Source: Squalus acanthias
Lineage: Eukaryota
Assembly: GCA_030390025.1 (NCBI GenBank)
Contig: CM059433.1
Coordinates: 25,794,001 to 25,858,000, forward strand
DNA: 64,000 nt
Reading direction: 5' to 3'
How positions within the stretch are numbered: position 1 is the first letter of the stretch; each line of letters begins with the position of its first letter. Shown here in pieces: positions 49,621 through 61,677 of this stretch. The notes under the pieces are model-generated. The model saw nothing but the letters and a program-made list of their open reading frames with translations. It was not told the origin of the DNA and searched no databases. The translations under genes and the position numbers were made by a program.

Positions 49621-49974
49621 TTTTCCCCTTTTGTCCTTTCTAGGACAACATAGCTTTCTCCTATCGGTCCTTATACTAACTCAAAATCTAGTCAAGGATA
49701 CCGACTTCTTTTCTGTTTGTAACCATCCCCGGGATATACCTGTATTGATGGTTGACCTTATCTAAGATCGTCCTTCTTCTCTGTCTATTCTCGGTGTTTG
49801 GGCGTATGTTCTTGTAGGGGTTTTAGTTGTGTTTTGGTGACTGTGGCGTACTTTTGTGGTTCATTAGTCTGCTGTTCTCTAACTTTTCCTGCAGCTTATA
49901 CTAGCCTGCAGTTCGGGTGTTGCTATACACCCTCTAAGGAGATAGGGTACAGCAATTCATAGAGGAGTTCTAAG

Positions 49975-50148
49975 TCATGGCCCACACAGTTTATGCCTAA
50001 CCTGTGGGGTTCTCCTAGGGAACTGCAGCTTATAGAGGAGGACTGATTCATGACCCACACAGTTTATACCTAACCTGTGGGGTTCTCCAAAGGAACTACA
50101 GCTGATTCATGACCCACACAGTTTATACCTAACCTGTGGGGTTCTCCT
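49975..50148. repeat. Three ~45-bp direct repeats between env and the 3' LTR
   Basis: CATGACCCACACAGTTTATACCTAACCTGTGGGGTTCTCC three times, with small differences. Confidence 0.92.
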
Positions 50149-50348
50149 AAGCACAAGTGCTTCTACGTGAGCCTCCAGAGTGCAGACCAAGTGGTATACA
50201 AGGTCGACGTCACCGGCAGTTGAAAGGAGTCCTCTCTCTTTCCCTAGCCTGCAGATCCCATTTGGGTGGAAGAATATGTTTACCGAAAGTGGGGAGCATG
50301 CAAAAATGTATATATATATATGTATATTTTGTCTAGGTTGTCTAATCC

Positions 50349-51815
50349 TTAAAATTGTATTTTATTCAATCGCCTCAGTTCCTCCCCGAAGGGACCATAC
50401 TTTTCTTCTTCGTCATTTATTTCTTTCTGTATCATCATACTTACTTCAGGTATGACTACCTTGCCTAACCTATTACAACAACACTTAATCATTGTGACAA
50501 CCAAAATGATACATGCAATCGCGGCTACTACTACTACTAATCCATGCAATAATACTTGTCCCTTTGATCCCAACCATCCCTCTAATATCCAATCAGCCCA
50601 GCCGCCTTTGGTCCTGGATTGATTGAGCAGGGCAACCTGTTTCTGAATATGGTCCGCTAAGTTGGTTATATTTTCAGAGCTATCTGGGATATATGTGCAG
50701 CATTCTGCTCCGATCATGGCACATGTACCTCCCTGTGCAGCTAGTAGGTAATCTAGTGCCATTCTATTTTGTAGGGCGACGGTTCTCAGGGCTACCATAT
50801 CGGCGCTCACCTCCCTCAGGGATTTAACCGTGTCGTTAGCTACCCCCTCGATTAATGCTGACAGTAACCGTATTTCTTGGGAAGTAAACGCTATTCCAGC
50901 AGGGGGAAACATAGCTCCAACTAACATCTTCCATGTGGGGAGTTCTCTTTTCTTACAGCTATGCTTATGGTGGTCTTTCAATTCCTTTATGTGGTGTATG
51001 TATGGTACTACATACCCCAAATAGCATCATCCTGCCCAATTCTCTGGTAGCCAAGGGTATGCTCTGTGACCGCATATGAAGTACGTCCCGTTATAGGCTG
51101 TCACTATCTGTCCCAGTTGATCAGGGTTCACGTTGGTGCGGAAAACGGTAAAACCCATCTGATTGTCAGTATTCAATCGTTTAGTCCCATTCCATGGTCT
51201 GTTATTAGTCAAATTCATCAAACTGGTAGTATTGAACCACCAGCTTTCCATGGAACTTCCTGCCCCGTACGTAATAAACTTTTGTATGCAACGACTTTTC
51301 CCCATATTAACTCTGTTCCCTTTAGTCTGTCCTAGACCGCATTCCCAGCATATATCCCCGATCGGTCGGCCCTTTCCCGATGTATTGGTAAGGGCTAGAA
51401 AAGGAGGTACTTTCGTATAATCATACGTCGGCTTGTACCATCCCTTAAAATTTTCTAATGAATATCCTCCCCCCTTAAACTCGTTTCTTAGGCTAGACCA
51501 CTTTTGTTCCCATTTATTTCCGAAGGTGGATAGGGTGGTATTTTTCTGTTTCGTATGATTTTTATTAATTATCCATTCTGCCATATCTGTGAGGTTCAAG
51601 GGTATCGGTCGCAGAGGTATTCCTCCTTTCACATGGGCAGGAATATGGCTACATACCCAACAGGCGTTTATCCCACTTTTTTTGGCATACTTATATGACA
51701 TATACAAAAAGGTGTTCATATGTAATTCTCGTTTCTTTCGGGGTTCTTTTCTTCTCCCTTGGCAGGCTATACATATCAGTCCGATTAGTAGGTAAAACGT
51801 AAATAACAGCTTCAT
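50349..51815 (-). pseudogene. env: Gamma-type env with a single in-frame TGA (51027-51029)
   Basis: Signal peptide, CWVC, CKKR cleavage site, ISD LQNRMALDYLLAAQGG, CX6CC and a TM helix; ORFs 51027-51815 and 50349-51020 share a frame. Confidence 0.93.
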
Positions 51816-51840
51816 TATTTTAGTCTTTTCAAATTCAAAT

Positions 51841-54800
51841 TCAACTGTCCTTATCTGATACTTTCTTGCAATGGGATGCGTGGATCCAGGTAGGTCTTTC
51901 CTTGACTTTTACAGCTGTATTTGTTGTCAAGAGTACTTGATATGGCCCTTCAAAGCGTGGCTGCAGACCGTTCTTCCTCTTAAAGACCTTTATGTAGACG
52001 TCATCTCCTGGTTCCAAATTATGGCACTTTCCTTCGGCCGGTTCCGTTTGAGCTTCCTTTACCTGTTGGTGAAAGCTGGAAATACATCTAGTTAATGCAA
52101 TGCAATAGTTTAGCATATTTTCATCCATTTTATGAATGTCCATTTGTTTAACCGTAAAGGGTGCTGAGAATGGCAGTCTTTGGGGTCTTCCCATAACAAT
52201 CTCATGTGGCGACAGTCCAGTTGTCCTGTTAGTTGCTGCTCGCATTACCATCAATGCTAAGGGTAACAGTTCAACCCATTTTAGTCCAGTTTCATTGCAA
52301 AGTTTAGAAAGTTTATTCTTCAGCACTCCGTTATATCTTTCTACCAGCCCTGCAGATTGTGGATGATAACTGCAGTGAAAATGCTGATTAATCTGCAAGG
52401 CTTTACATAGTTCTTTAACGATCATTCCAGTAAAGTGCGATCCATTGTCGCATGAGAGCTGCATAGGTATTCCAAACCTTGGTATGATTTCTTTTAGCAA
52501 ACACTTCGCAACTGTTACAGCATCATTCTTTTTACATGGAAAAGCTTCCACCCATCTTGAGAATGTGTCTATAATTACCAACACGTATTTGAATCCTAAA
52601 CATACAGGTAATTCAATAAAATCCATTTGCAAATTTACAAAAGGGCCTGATGGATTTGGGTGGGAGGCAGACTGTACTTTCTCTGTCTTGCCTGGATTAA
52701 TTTCCTGGCAAATGGTGCACCTTTCACTAATTTGTTTTGCAATTGCCGAAATACCTGGTGCATACCATGTTTGATTAATATAGTCTGCCATCCCCCCTTT
52801 GCCCGCATGTGTGAAAACATGAACGCAGCGGGCAATCCACGGGAGTAGAGATTTCGGGGCTACCATGCGGCCGTCATGCTGAACCCATATCCCTTCAGGC
52901 GTTTTAAAGCACGAATCCCTTGCCCAACTTAACACTTCGTCCGAGTTAGCCTGTGACTGAAAGGTCAAAACATCATTAATAGAAGGTGGGTCATTGTCTG
53001 ATTTTTGTTGACACAAAACAAATGCTGAGACTTGTGGCCCTGTATCTGACAGAGTGGCTGATTTAGCAGCTTTATCTGATCGATCGTTACCCAGGGATAT
53101 CTGATCCTGACTCCCGGTATGAGCCTGACATTTGATGACTGAAATTTTTGTGGGACACGCTAGGGCTTTTAAAAGGTTATTAATTTGTTCAGCATTTTTA
53201 ACAGTTGTTCCTGATGAAGTTAGAAACCCCCTTAATTTCCAGATCTGTCCGTAATCATGAGCAACCCCAAAGGCGTATCTGGAGTCGGTATAGATATTAA
53301 CGGTTCGACCAGCAGCTAGTATGCAAGCCCTTGTAAGAGCGAAAAGTTCTGCTTGTTGCGCTGAAAAAGACTGAGGTAATGAGAGAGCTTCCACAATTGA
53401 ATGATCATCTGAAATGGCATATCCAGCCCTAGGTGATCCCCTGTCATCCCTAAGAGCTGACCCGTCCACGTAGTATATTAAGTCACTATTAAAAATAGGA
53501 GTTTCAGATAGATCTGTTCGGGCCTTGGTAGCTAATTGGGTAACCGTCTCACAGCAATGTGGAATTCCGTCTTCTTCTGTTGGCAGCAGCGTGGCTGGAT
53601 TCAAAACTGAACACCTTTGAATTAGGAGGTTGGAATTAGATAGCAATGCAACCTCATATTTACTGCTACGGGCTGATGTCAGATGTTGGGTGGCGTATTT
53701 TGTCAGTAGTACTTCAACTGAATGTGGCACAAATAAAACTGTTCGGTGATTAAGTGTGATGCCTTGAGCCTGTTCCACTGCGTAATAGGCAGCGGCTAGA
53801 ATTGGCAAGCACCCAGGCAAACCGCGTGCAACGGGATCTAATTGAGTACTGAAATACGCTAATGGTCTCTGTTTATCCCCATGGATTTGAGTCAGAACAG
53901 ATTGAGCAAAGCCCGCTTTATGATGGACGAAAAGGTTAAACTGCTTCTGATAGTCTGGTAGCCCTAATGCTGGGGCTGATATAAGGGCTTGTTTAACATT
54001 TTCAAAGGCATCTTCAGCCTTTTTGTCCCAGGCGAGAGGATCCTCCGCTATGGGTGCGGAAATATCCAGCAGTGGGCGTACCAGGTCCGAATATCCCACT
54101 ATCCACTGTCTACAGTATCCTGACATGCCGAGAAAATGTTTCAACTGTTGTTTAGTGTTAGGCAAAGGTGCCTCACAAATGGCTTTAACTCTTTCTTGCA
54201 TCAAACGGCGGCTATTGCCATGGAGCTCATGTCCCAAATATTGTACTTTCTCTGACACAAACTGCAGCTTAGAACGTGATACTTTATGTCCTTTTGCCGC
54301 TAAGGCATGTAGCATAATGAGCGAGTCGGTCTGGCATGATTGTACATCGGGTGAAGCTATCAGTAAATCATCGACATATTGGATAAGTGTGGATCCTCCG
54401 GTAAAGTGTATGTCTTCTAAATCACGTTTAAGGCTTTGCGAAAAGATTGTGGGGCTTTCTGTGTAACCCTGCGGGAGTCTTGTCCAAGTGAACTGTGTTC
54501 CTTTAAATGTAAAGGCGAAGAGGAACTGTGAATCTTGATGGATAGGGATACTAAAGAAGGCTGAGCATAAGTCAATGACAGTGTAGAATTTCGATCCAGA
54601 GGGTATGCTAGTCAGGATCGTGGCAGGATTTGGCACAACTGGGTAAATGGGTAATACTGATTCGTTCACTGCCCTTAGATCCTGCACAAGTCTCCACTTC
54701 CCACGCTCTTTCTTCTCGACCGGAAAAATCGGAGTGTTACATTGGCTCTGGGTTGGAACAATTATTCCTTGCTCCAACAAAGAGTTAATGACAGGCTGGA

Positions 54801-55413
54801 TTCCTTGTTCGGCTGCTGTTGAGATCGGGTACTGCGGTCTACGGGGCAATCTGACAGATGGTTTTAATGTAACCTTGTATGGCTGAGCAGTTAACATTTT
54901 TCCAACCTCGTTTGAATGGCTAGACCATACTTGTGGTGGAATTTGATCGAGTAGTTGCTCTGTTTCCCGTGAGGTAATTGGAGGAGCGCATTTCTGCAAA
55001 GGATACATAGTGCATCTATCAGTAGGGATGTACACCTGTAGTCCTTTTTCTGAACAAATTATTGTAGCTTGCATTTTGCACAGCAAATCTCTCCCTAAAA
55101 GGTTCATAGGGGCATCGTCTGACAGAAGAAAAGCGTGCTGGCCAGAAAAATTGTCTGCTTGTATTTCTAATGGCTGTGACCACGTCATAGTCTGCGAGAC
55201 GCCGGAAAGTCCTACACATGTAGCGCTCTTCTCTGTACACGGAGTTCCCTTAGTGTATTGCTTTGTTAATAGCGAGCTTGTGGCTCCTGTGTCAATAAGA
55301 AAAGGAACTCTCTTGCCCTGCATTTCTATGGATAAATATGGCTCATCTCTAGAATTTACTGATACAGAAGGTAATTGTAAAATGTGGGTAACGTTCGGGG
55401 CTGTTTCACTGCG
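51841..55413 (-). CDS. pol: Intact pro-pol (PR, RT, tether, RNase H, integrase), in frame behind the gag stop
   Basis: FLIDTGA, LLGRD, LPQGY, YVDD, YVDGS, YTDSRYA, LQMDF, SCDNG and GPY; the frame is open from 55413. Confidence 0.95.
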   Translation of the reverse strand, partial: RSETAPNVTHILQLPSVSVNSRDEPYLSIEMQGKRVPFLIDTGATSSLLTKQYTKGTPCTEKSATCVGLSGVSQTMTWSQPLEIQADNFSGQHAFLLSDDAPMNLLGRDLLCKMQATIICSEKGLQVYIPTDRCTMYPLQKCAPPITSRETEQLLDQIPPQVWSSHSNEVGKMLTAQPYKVTLKPSVRLPRRPQYPISTAAEQGIQPVINSLLEQGIIVPTQSQCNTPIFPVEKKERGKWRLVQDLRAVNESVLPIYPVVPNPATILTSIPSGSKFYTVIDLCSAFFSIPIHQDSQFLFAFTFKGTQFTWTRLPQGYTESPTIFSQSLKRDLEDIHFTGGSTLIQYVDDLLIASPDVQSCQTDSLIMLHALAAKGHKVSRSKLQFVSEKVQYLGHELHGNSRRLMQERVKAICEAPLPNTKQQLKHFLGMSGYCRQWIVGYSDLVRPLLDISAPIAEDPLAWDKKAEDAFENVKQALISAPALGLPDYQKQFNLFVHHKAGFAQSVLTQIHGDKQRPLAYFSTQLDPVARGLPGCLPILAAAYYAVEQAQGITLNHRTVLFVPHSVEVLLTKYATQHLTSARSSKYEVALLSNSNLLIQRCSVLNPATLLPTEEDGIPHCCETVTQLATKARTDLSETPIFNSDLIYYVDGSALRDDRGSPRAGYAISDDHSIVEALSLPQSFSAQQAELFALTRACILAAGRTVNIYTDSRYAFGVAHDYGQIWKLRGFLTSSGTTVKNAEQINNLLKALACPTKISVIKCQAHTGSQDQISLGNDRSDKAAKSATLSDTGPQVSAFVLCQQKSDNDPPSINDVLTFQSQANSDEVLSWARDSCFKTPEGIWVQHDGRMVAPKSLLPWIARCVHVFTHAGKGGMADYINQTWYAPGISAIAKQISERCTICQEINPGKTEKVQSASHPNPSGPFVNLQMDFIELPVCLGFKYVLVIIDTFSRWVEAFPCKKNDAVTVAKCLLKEIIPRFGIPMQLSCDNGSHFTGMIVKELCKALQINQHFHCSYHPQSAGLVERYNGVLKNKLSKLCNETGLKWVELLPLALMVMRAATNRTTGLSPHEIVMGRPQRLPFSAPFTVKQMDIHKMDENMLNYCIALTRCISSFHQQVKEAQTEPAEGKCHNLEPGDDVYIKVFKRKNGLQPRFEGPYQVLLTTNTAVKVKERPTWIHASHCKKVSDKDS

Positions 55414-57076
55414 TCATGCTGAATAATTTTGTCCTGGGGGTCCGAATTGCCCCTCCATATATTGATTTCCCCAAGGGTTCCCTGTTGTAAAACCTGCCTG
55501 CAGACGAGTGTGAACTTGGGCTTGGGTATTTACATTGTTTTCTGCACCTCCCCAGCTTTGATTTTGCTGGTGGGGAACGGGCAGTTAGCCTTCCAGTGTC
55601 CAATCTGACCACAATTATAACATGGAGAGTTTGTACCTCCTCCATTCCACTGGCCTCTGCCAGTCCCACCCCTATTTCTTCCTCTAAATCTACCTTTGTT
55701 ATACCCTCTGCCTCGTCCTCTGTAATGACCTTGATAATAAATAGTAGTCTGGTCAGTCGGAGCTGCCGAAGCTGCTTGCTCCATTAAGAGGGAAACCTTG
55801 TTCTTTTGATCTCTATTTCTCTCCTGAATTTCTTTCAACATTTGTGTTAGTTCAGGAGTTGATTTATGCCTCCAATCTAGGCAGACCAAAGTCAATGGTT
55901 CTTTAAGTTCTGTTCTGAGACCATTTACAAGGGCATTGACTAAAGGAACCTGGTAATTTTCTTTGGTCATTCCAGAATGTTGTCCCATAATTGCTTCTAT
56001 CCTTTCTATATAATCCTCAACATCTTCGTCCTTTTTCTGAGTTGTCTCAATTATTTTTGTCCAATTAGTTCTTTTTGAAAATTTAACATGCATTACTCTA
56101 TAGAATTCAGTCCAGAATGGTTCGTTTGGTAGTGTTTCTGGATTCCAGTCCTGGTCTGTTCTATGATTTTCAATTAATCTGAATTTATCTTCGCCTTCTG
56201 TTAAAAGGTGGTATTTGGAATCCTTTAACCAAGCTCTGAGTAGCTGGTCAACGTCCACAATAGTGGGCTGGTGGCAAATAATGACGCTTTTCAGCTCACC
56301 AATCGCTTTTTCTAAATCCTCTAAGGGGTCTGGTAGTTCGTGGATTATTGTCCGTAGCTCGGACGCTGTCCATGGGCGATGGACAACAACTGGAGCTCCG
56401 TCTGACACGTGGACGTTGGGGAAACGTCTGAGCGGATTGATAGAGACATGTTCTTGGCCCTGTACTTGATTTGGCTGATGTGCATCATGGGATCTGGTAT
56501 GCTGACTGATGTGATCTGGGTTGGACCCCTGATTTCCAGCTTGGGGATCGGGTACTCCACTAACCGCTGCAACCTGTTGTTGCTCTGCATATGCGGGAGG
56601 TGGAGTTGGTCTTCCGTACCATCCCTGATCCTCGTCATCACTTGAGTGAGGCGTGGGTAAAGGAGGGTAAACAGAGGTAGGAACGGTAGGCTTCAGGGTT
56701 TGTCTTAAAGCCATTTGTCTGACTTCATCTGGTTTAGCCAATTTATTCACTGGGTCTTTTCTCTTATTTTTAATGTCAGATCTACTGGCTTGTATACTAC
56801 AGTCCTTACGCCTTTCTGCTTCCTTTTTCCAGTCTGAAAGGCTGACCAATTTACTGACTTTTCACCTCTTCTTTGTGGGTCTCTATTTGTGAGACAGTCC
56901 TCCAGACATGTAATTCTATCCACGTTAAAGGTTCCGTCAATGGGGAATGGGTGTCTGCCATCCTTGGTCCATTTAGACCAATGAGGCAAATCCCTTGTGG
57001 ACATCCAACCACAGTTCTGGAAGATGTAAAAGGCTGGAGTTCCTTTTTCTGGGAACTTACTTTGTGAAGCTCCCAT
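55414..57076 (-). pseudogene. gag: gag with two frameshifts (~56850 and ~55570)
   Basis: MGASQS myristoylation-type start, FPIDGTF, PPPAY, MHR-like QKKDEDVEDYIER, CCHC knuckle CYNCGQIGHWKANC; corrected frame ends GQNYSA-TGA. Confidence 0.9.
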
Positions 57077-57501
57077 CTTAGTAAAGTTTAGTTATACTAG
57101 GCGCTCTTTTTACGAATCGCAAATTTCACCCTTTACCCCTTTACGATTATTATTAACCCTTCGGAGCTCCACAAGTGACAAACAATAACAAGAATGAACA
57201 ACAATAAAGACAATAAGTAACGCAAAAGCCCAAACAGGCTGTAATATATTTTTGTTGAGAGTTATGAAATATCTCCTTAAATGTCCGCCACTGCATTTCA
57301 ACTGTCTTACCCTTTAATTTATTTTTCCAGTCCACTTTAGCCAGTTCTGCCCTCATGCCATTGTAATTGCCTTTGTTTAAGATCAGGACACTGGTTTGAG
57401 ATACAAATTTCTCACCCTCCAACTGAATTTGAAATTCAACCATGCTATGATCACTCTTTCCTAGAGGATCCTTTACTATGAGATCATTTATTAATTCTGT
57501 C

Positions 57502-57783
57502 ATAGAAACATAGAAACATAGAATCTAGGAGCAGGAGTAGGCCATTCGGCCTGTCGAGCCTGCTCCACCATTCAATACGATCATGGCTGATCATTCAAAT
57601 CCAGTACCCTGTCCCTGCTTTAATCCCCACAGTACACATATCCCACCCTACCCCCGTAACCCCACGTATTTAATTCCCCCTAACATATCCCATCCTATCC
57701 CCATAACCCCACATATTTAATCCCCCCCTAACACTAAGGGTCAATTTATCATAGCCAAATCAACCTAACCCGCATATTTTTGG
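57502..57783 (-). mobile_element. 5'-truncated HE1-like SINE inserted in CR1 ORF2
   Basis: Reverse complement of 38354-38629. Confidence 0.8.
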
Positions 57784-58530
57784 TCTCATTGCATAGTACC
57801 AGATCCAAGATAGCCTGCTACCTGGTCGGTTCCATTACATACTGTTCTAGGAAACCATCCCGGATGCACTCTATGAACTCCTCCTCAAGGCCAATTTGAT
57901 TTGTCCAACCAATATGGAGATTAAAATCACCCATGATTATTACCGTACCTTTTTTATAGGCCTCCATTATTTATTGATTTATACTCTGTCCAACAGTATT
58001 GCTACTGTTCGGGGGCCTGTAGACTACGCCCACCAGAGACTTTTTCCCTTTATTAATTTTTATCTCCACCCAAACAGATTCTACATCTTGATCTTCTGAG
58101 CCAATATCACTTCTCACCACTGCACTGATCCCATCCTTTACCAACAAAGCCACCCCATTGCCCTTTCCTTTCTGTCTATCCTTCCAAATTGTCAAATAAC
58201 CTGGAATATTCAGTTCCCAGCCCTGATCACCTTGCAACCACGTCTCTGTAATGGCGATCAGATCATACCCATTTGTATCTACTTGTGCTGTCAACTCATC
58301 TATCTTGTTACGAATGCTGCGTGCATTCAGATATAGAGCTTTTATCTTTGTCTTTTTACCATTTCTCCTTGTTTTGGCCCCATTTTCTCTTGCACTCTTA
58401 TTTTTAAACATTCTGTCCCTTCCTGTCACACTCTGGTTATTATTTCCCCGATCTCTATCTTGCTCTATTGCTTTCTCATTTCTCATTGACTTTTTAAATT
58501 CCCGCTCACCTGGATCCTCCCCCCCACTAT

Positions 58531-61200
58531 TTAGTTTAAAGCCCTCTCTACAGCCCTAGTTATTTGATTCGCCAGGACTCTAGCCCCAGCATGGTTCAAG
58601 TGAAGCCTGTCCAAACGGAACAGCTCCCTCTTATCCCAGTACTGGTGCCAGTGCCCCACAAATCGAAACCCATTTCTCCCACACCAGTCTTTGAGCCACT
58701 CGTTCATTTCTCCGATCTTATTTACCCTATGCAAATTCACTCGTGGCTCAGGTAGTAATCCAGAGATTATTACCTTTGTTCATCTGCTTTTTAATTTAGC
58801 CCCTAGCTGCTCTCTCAGCAGAACCTCTTTCTTTGTCCTACCTATGTCATTGGTGCCTATGTGGACCATGACAACTGGATCCTCCCCCTCCCACTCCAAG
58901 TTTCTCTCCAGCCCAGAGGAGATGTCCTTAACCCTGGCACCGGGCAGGCAACACAGCCTTTGGGACTCATGCTCTCGGCTGCAGAGAACAGTGTCTATCC
59001 CCTAACTATACTACCCTGTAGGCTTCGCAAAATCCCCCAGAAACTCAAATAGAACCCTAAAGGGGGTGATTTTTGGATCTTAACACGAATTTGGAATGGT
59101 GGGACCGAAATGAAGGAATTTGAGGTCAAAACCTCAGTTTTGGACATTTTGAACGGATCAAGGAAAAAAAGCCCTGAGGAAAATGACTTTGGATGATAAG
59201 ATACCTTTTAAAAAAGGGCCATTGGGTAAACCTGCAGTCACAGAAACACAGGCTGCGGGAAGGGGTGTGGTGAGGCAGTGGACAGCTTTTGGGTAGTGGG
59301 ACCAAATCAAGCTGTCTGGGAGATGTTTGCACTGCAATCCAACCAAGGAGGAAGAGCCTCATCCAAAACATCACAAACACATTCAAAAATAAATAAACCA
59401 AGACCCCTTTTGAAATCCCCAGGTCCAGACAGGATGCTGGAAGTCTGAAAACAATTCCTAACAATAAAACTTCCAGTACACAGTTTCATAGCCCAACATC
59501 CCATCAAAAACCGATTAGCCAAGTATCGACCAGAACAGTTTAACAAGCCCGCCAAAACCTAAGACAAAAGAAGCGAGATTTGGCGCGAAGATAAGCAGGC
59601 CTCAACTGAAACCTAAATCACTTTAACGCAAAATTGATTAGTAAAACAGTTTTTGCACGAAGAACACAATAGACTGAACAGTGTAATTGAGGGCCTAATC
59701 CCCCAAGAAAGTTAGTTCAACACACACGACACGAGGGCGACACCAGAGCCAAGCAACAAGGAACGAGTCACAAGAAGAACCTTCGGAAGGCAGGCTGGCC
59801 GAAAACCACGGGCAAGAAGACATGAGGAACCTGAGAGACACTGTGGTGGTGTCTGTTCAAGCCGTGCGGTTTGTTACAACACTATACTAAAAGTTAGTTC
59901 AAGGCTGTCCAGAGAGGCAGTTTAAAGTTAGTAACAGTACCGAGGCACGCAAGGACAACACGCCACAGTAAGGGGGGTCATCGACGGACCCGACTGGGAA
60001 AAAGGTTCCCAACGCCTCGCAGCAACCAAGGCCCCATGAACCAACCAACACAACGCCACCGACCAACCAGGTGCGAACCAGGCCGTCGCGACCACCGAAA
60101 GACCAACACCAGGAAAAACCGAAGACACGCAAGTTTCCACGCTACAAACTCTTCCTGACTTACCCCTGGGTAAGATTTTTCCTTAAAAAACTCTAAACCC
60201 TACCGCTAACGAAGAAAAATTGGGTACTCACCTGATAGATCCACATACGCACCTTACCGCATCAGCGGACAGACCCAAACTGACCTAGAGTGCAGCTGAA
60301 GTCTTCTACCACATCCGGGGTACGGCAGGCCCCAACAATCAAAAACCCCAGTGAACCCCGAAATCGCAAAATACCTCAACTGTCAAGAACTGTCATTTGG
60401 TGAGCATTATCCCTGGTCCTCTGGAATCAAACCTAGCTAGGTAGTGGGATTGGGAGGGATAAAGGGTTTTGTATACTGTAATTATCCCTCGCCTGTACCG
60501 TGTGTTCTCCAACCTGTGTTTAAGTATTAAGTATGTTTTAAGATTGTTTGTGTTGTATTTACCTTTTCTTGAATAAAAGTCAAAGTTCTTTCATCAAAAC
60601 CTGTTGTCTACTGCACCTTTGTTTATGACCTCCAAATAAGTCCAAGGTCTAGAACCAAGGGAGTGGGAGCGATTCGAACCGCTCACTGAAGTCAGAGGTG
60701 AAGCTGGCACAAACCACCACCACCCCCTACAACCCCCTATCTCTACAACATTTCTTTTTACTCCCCCCCACTTGAATGGCTCCCTGTACCACGGTGCTGT
60801 GGTCAGATTGCTCATCCTCCCTGCAGTCCCTGCCCTCGTCCACACATGGTGCAAGAATCTCATGCCTGTTGGACAAGGCCAAGGGCTGAGGCTCCTCCAT
60901 CACTACCTCCTGGATCCCAATACCTGCCTCGCTTGTAGTCACACCCTCCTGTCCCTGACCATGAGCCAAATTGGAAGTAAATACTCTAGTGGGTGTGACT
61001 GCCTCCTGGAACTTAGTGTCCAGGTAATGCTCCCCCTCCCTAATGTGTGGCAGTGTCTGAATCTCGGACTCCAGCTCATCAACTCTGAGCCGAAGTTCCT
61101 CGAGCAGCCAACATTTGCTGCAGATGTGGTCGCCTTGGACCTCAATGGTGTCCACCAGCTCCCACATTCAACAACAACAACACATTACCTGGTCTCCCAT
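58531..61200 (-). pseudogene. CR1 ORF1 (zinc-finger/coiled coil and SGNH esterase-like), interrupted by a solo LTR
   Basis: MWEL..HICSKC..ELESE, NEWLKDWCGRNGFRF and DRLHLN. Confidence 0.82.
59017..60731 (+). mobile_element. Solo LTR (1715 bp) related to the lokiretrovirus-like LTR
   Basis: TGTAGGCTTCGCAA...CCCCCTACA; TSD ACCC (59013-59016, 60732-60735); shared U5 motif. Confidence 0.9.
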
Positions 61201-61677
61201 CTCAATTAATTAATTAATTAGTTTTAAAATTTGGAACACGTATATCTTTTAATCTACACCAAGACAGTTAAATTTAGAAACCCAAGTTTGGAAAAAAAAG
61301 CGAGAAATATAGAAATACTCACCAACCTGCTTTCTGGTGACGTCACACTTCGATTATTTTTTACTTCTTTACACTCACCGGTCTGTTGTAGCCACTCTCC
61401 TGGGCTCCCACTGTGTTTACTCCAAAAATAAATTGTCATTTTCTTTCACCTGAAAAAGCTATAATAACAACATGCACTGACAATAAACATAAAATGGTTT
61501 GGCCCAAAGCAGCTATTAACAGCTATACACTGACTGTAAGCTCATTCTGCAATAAGAAACTTCAAGCTGTCGGAAGCACTTAAGATCTCTTTGACACACG
61601 CTTTCCCTTTTAATCAAAACCAGGATTCGATTTTTTGTTATAATTTATGGGCCACTAACAGAATGGTGGGAGCACAT

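Larger units (their letters stand above)
49043..57240 (-). mobile_element. Class I (gamma/epsilon-like) ERV lacking its 5' LTR and PBS
   Basis: gag-pol-env order, PPT AAAAGGGGAAAA (49621-49632) and a 3' LTR. Confidence 0.93.
46530..61400 (-). mobile_element. Full-length CR1 LINE split by four nested insertions; 5' boundary approximate
   Basis: ORF1 at 61200-58531, APE domain (YLNARSI, ITETWL, VYRPP, SDH) at 58350-57241, RT at 49042-48744 and 47704-46628, tail near 46530. Confidence 0.85.

Noticed and set aside
49975..50148. CRISPR-like repeat array
   Set aside because: Eukaryotic ERV context, spacers are short and related to each other, and there are no cas genes.
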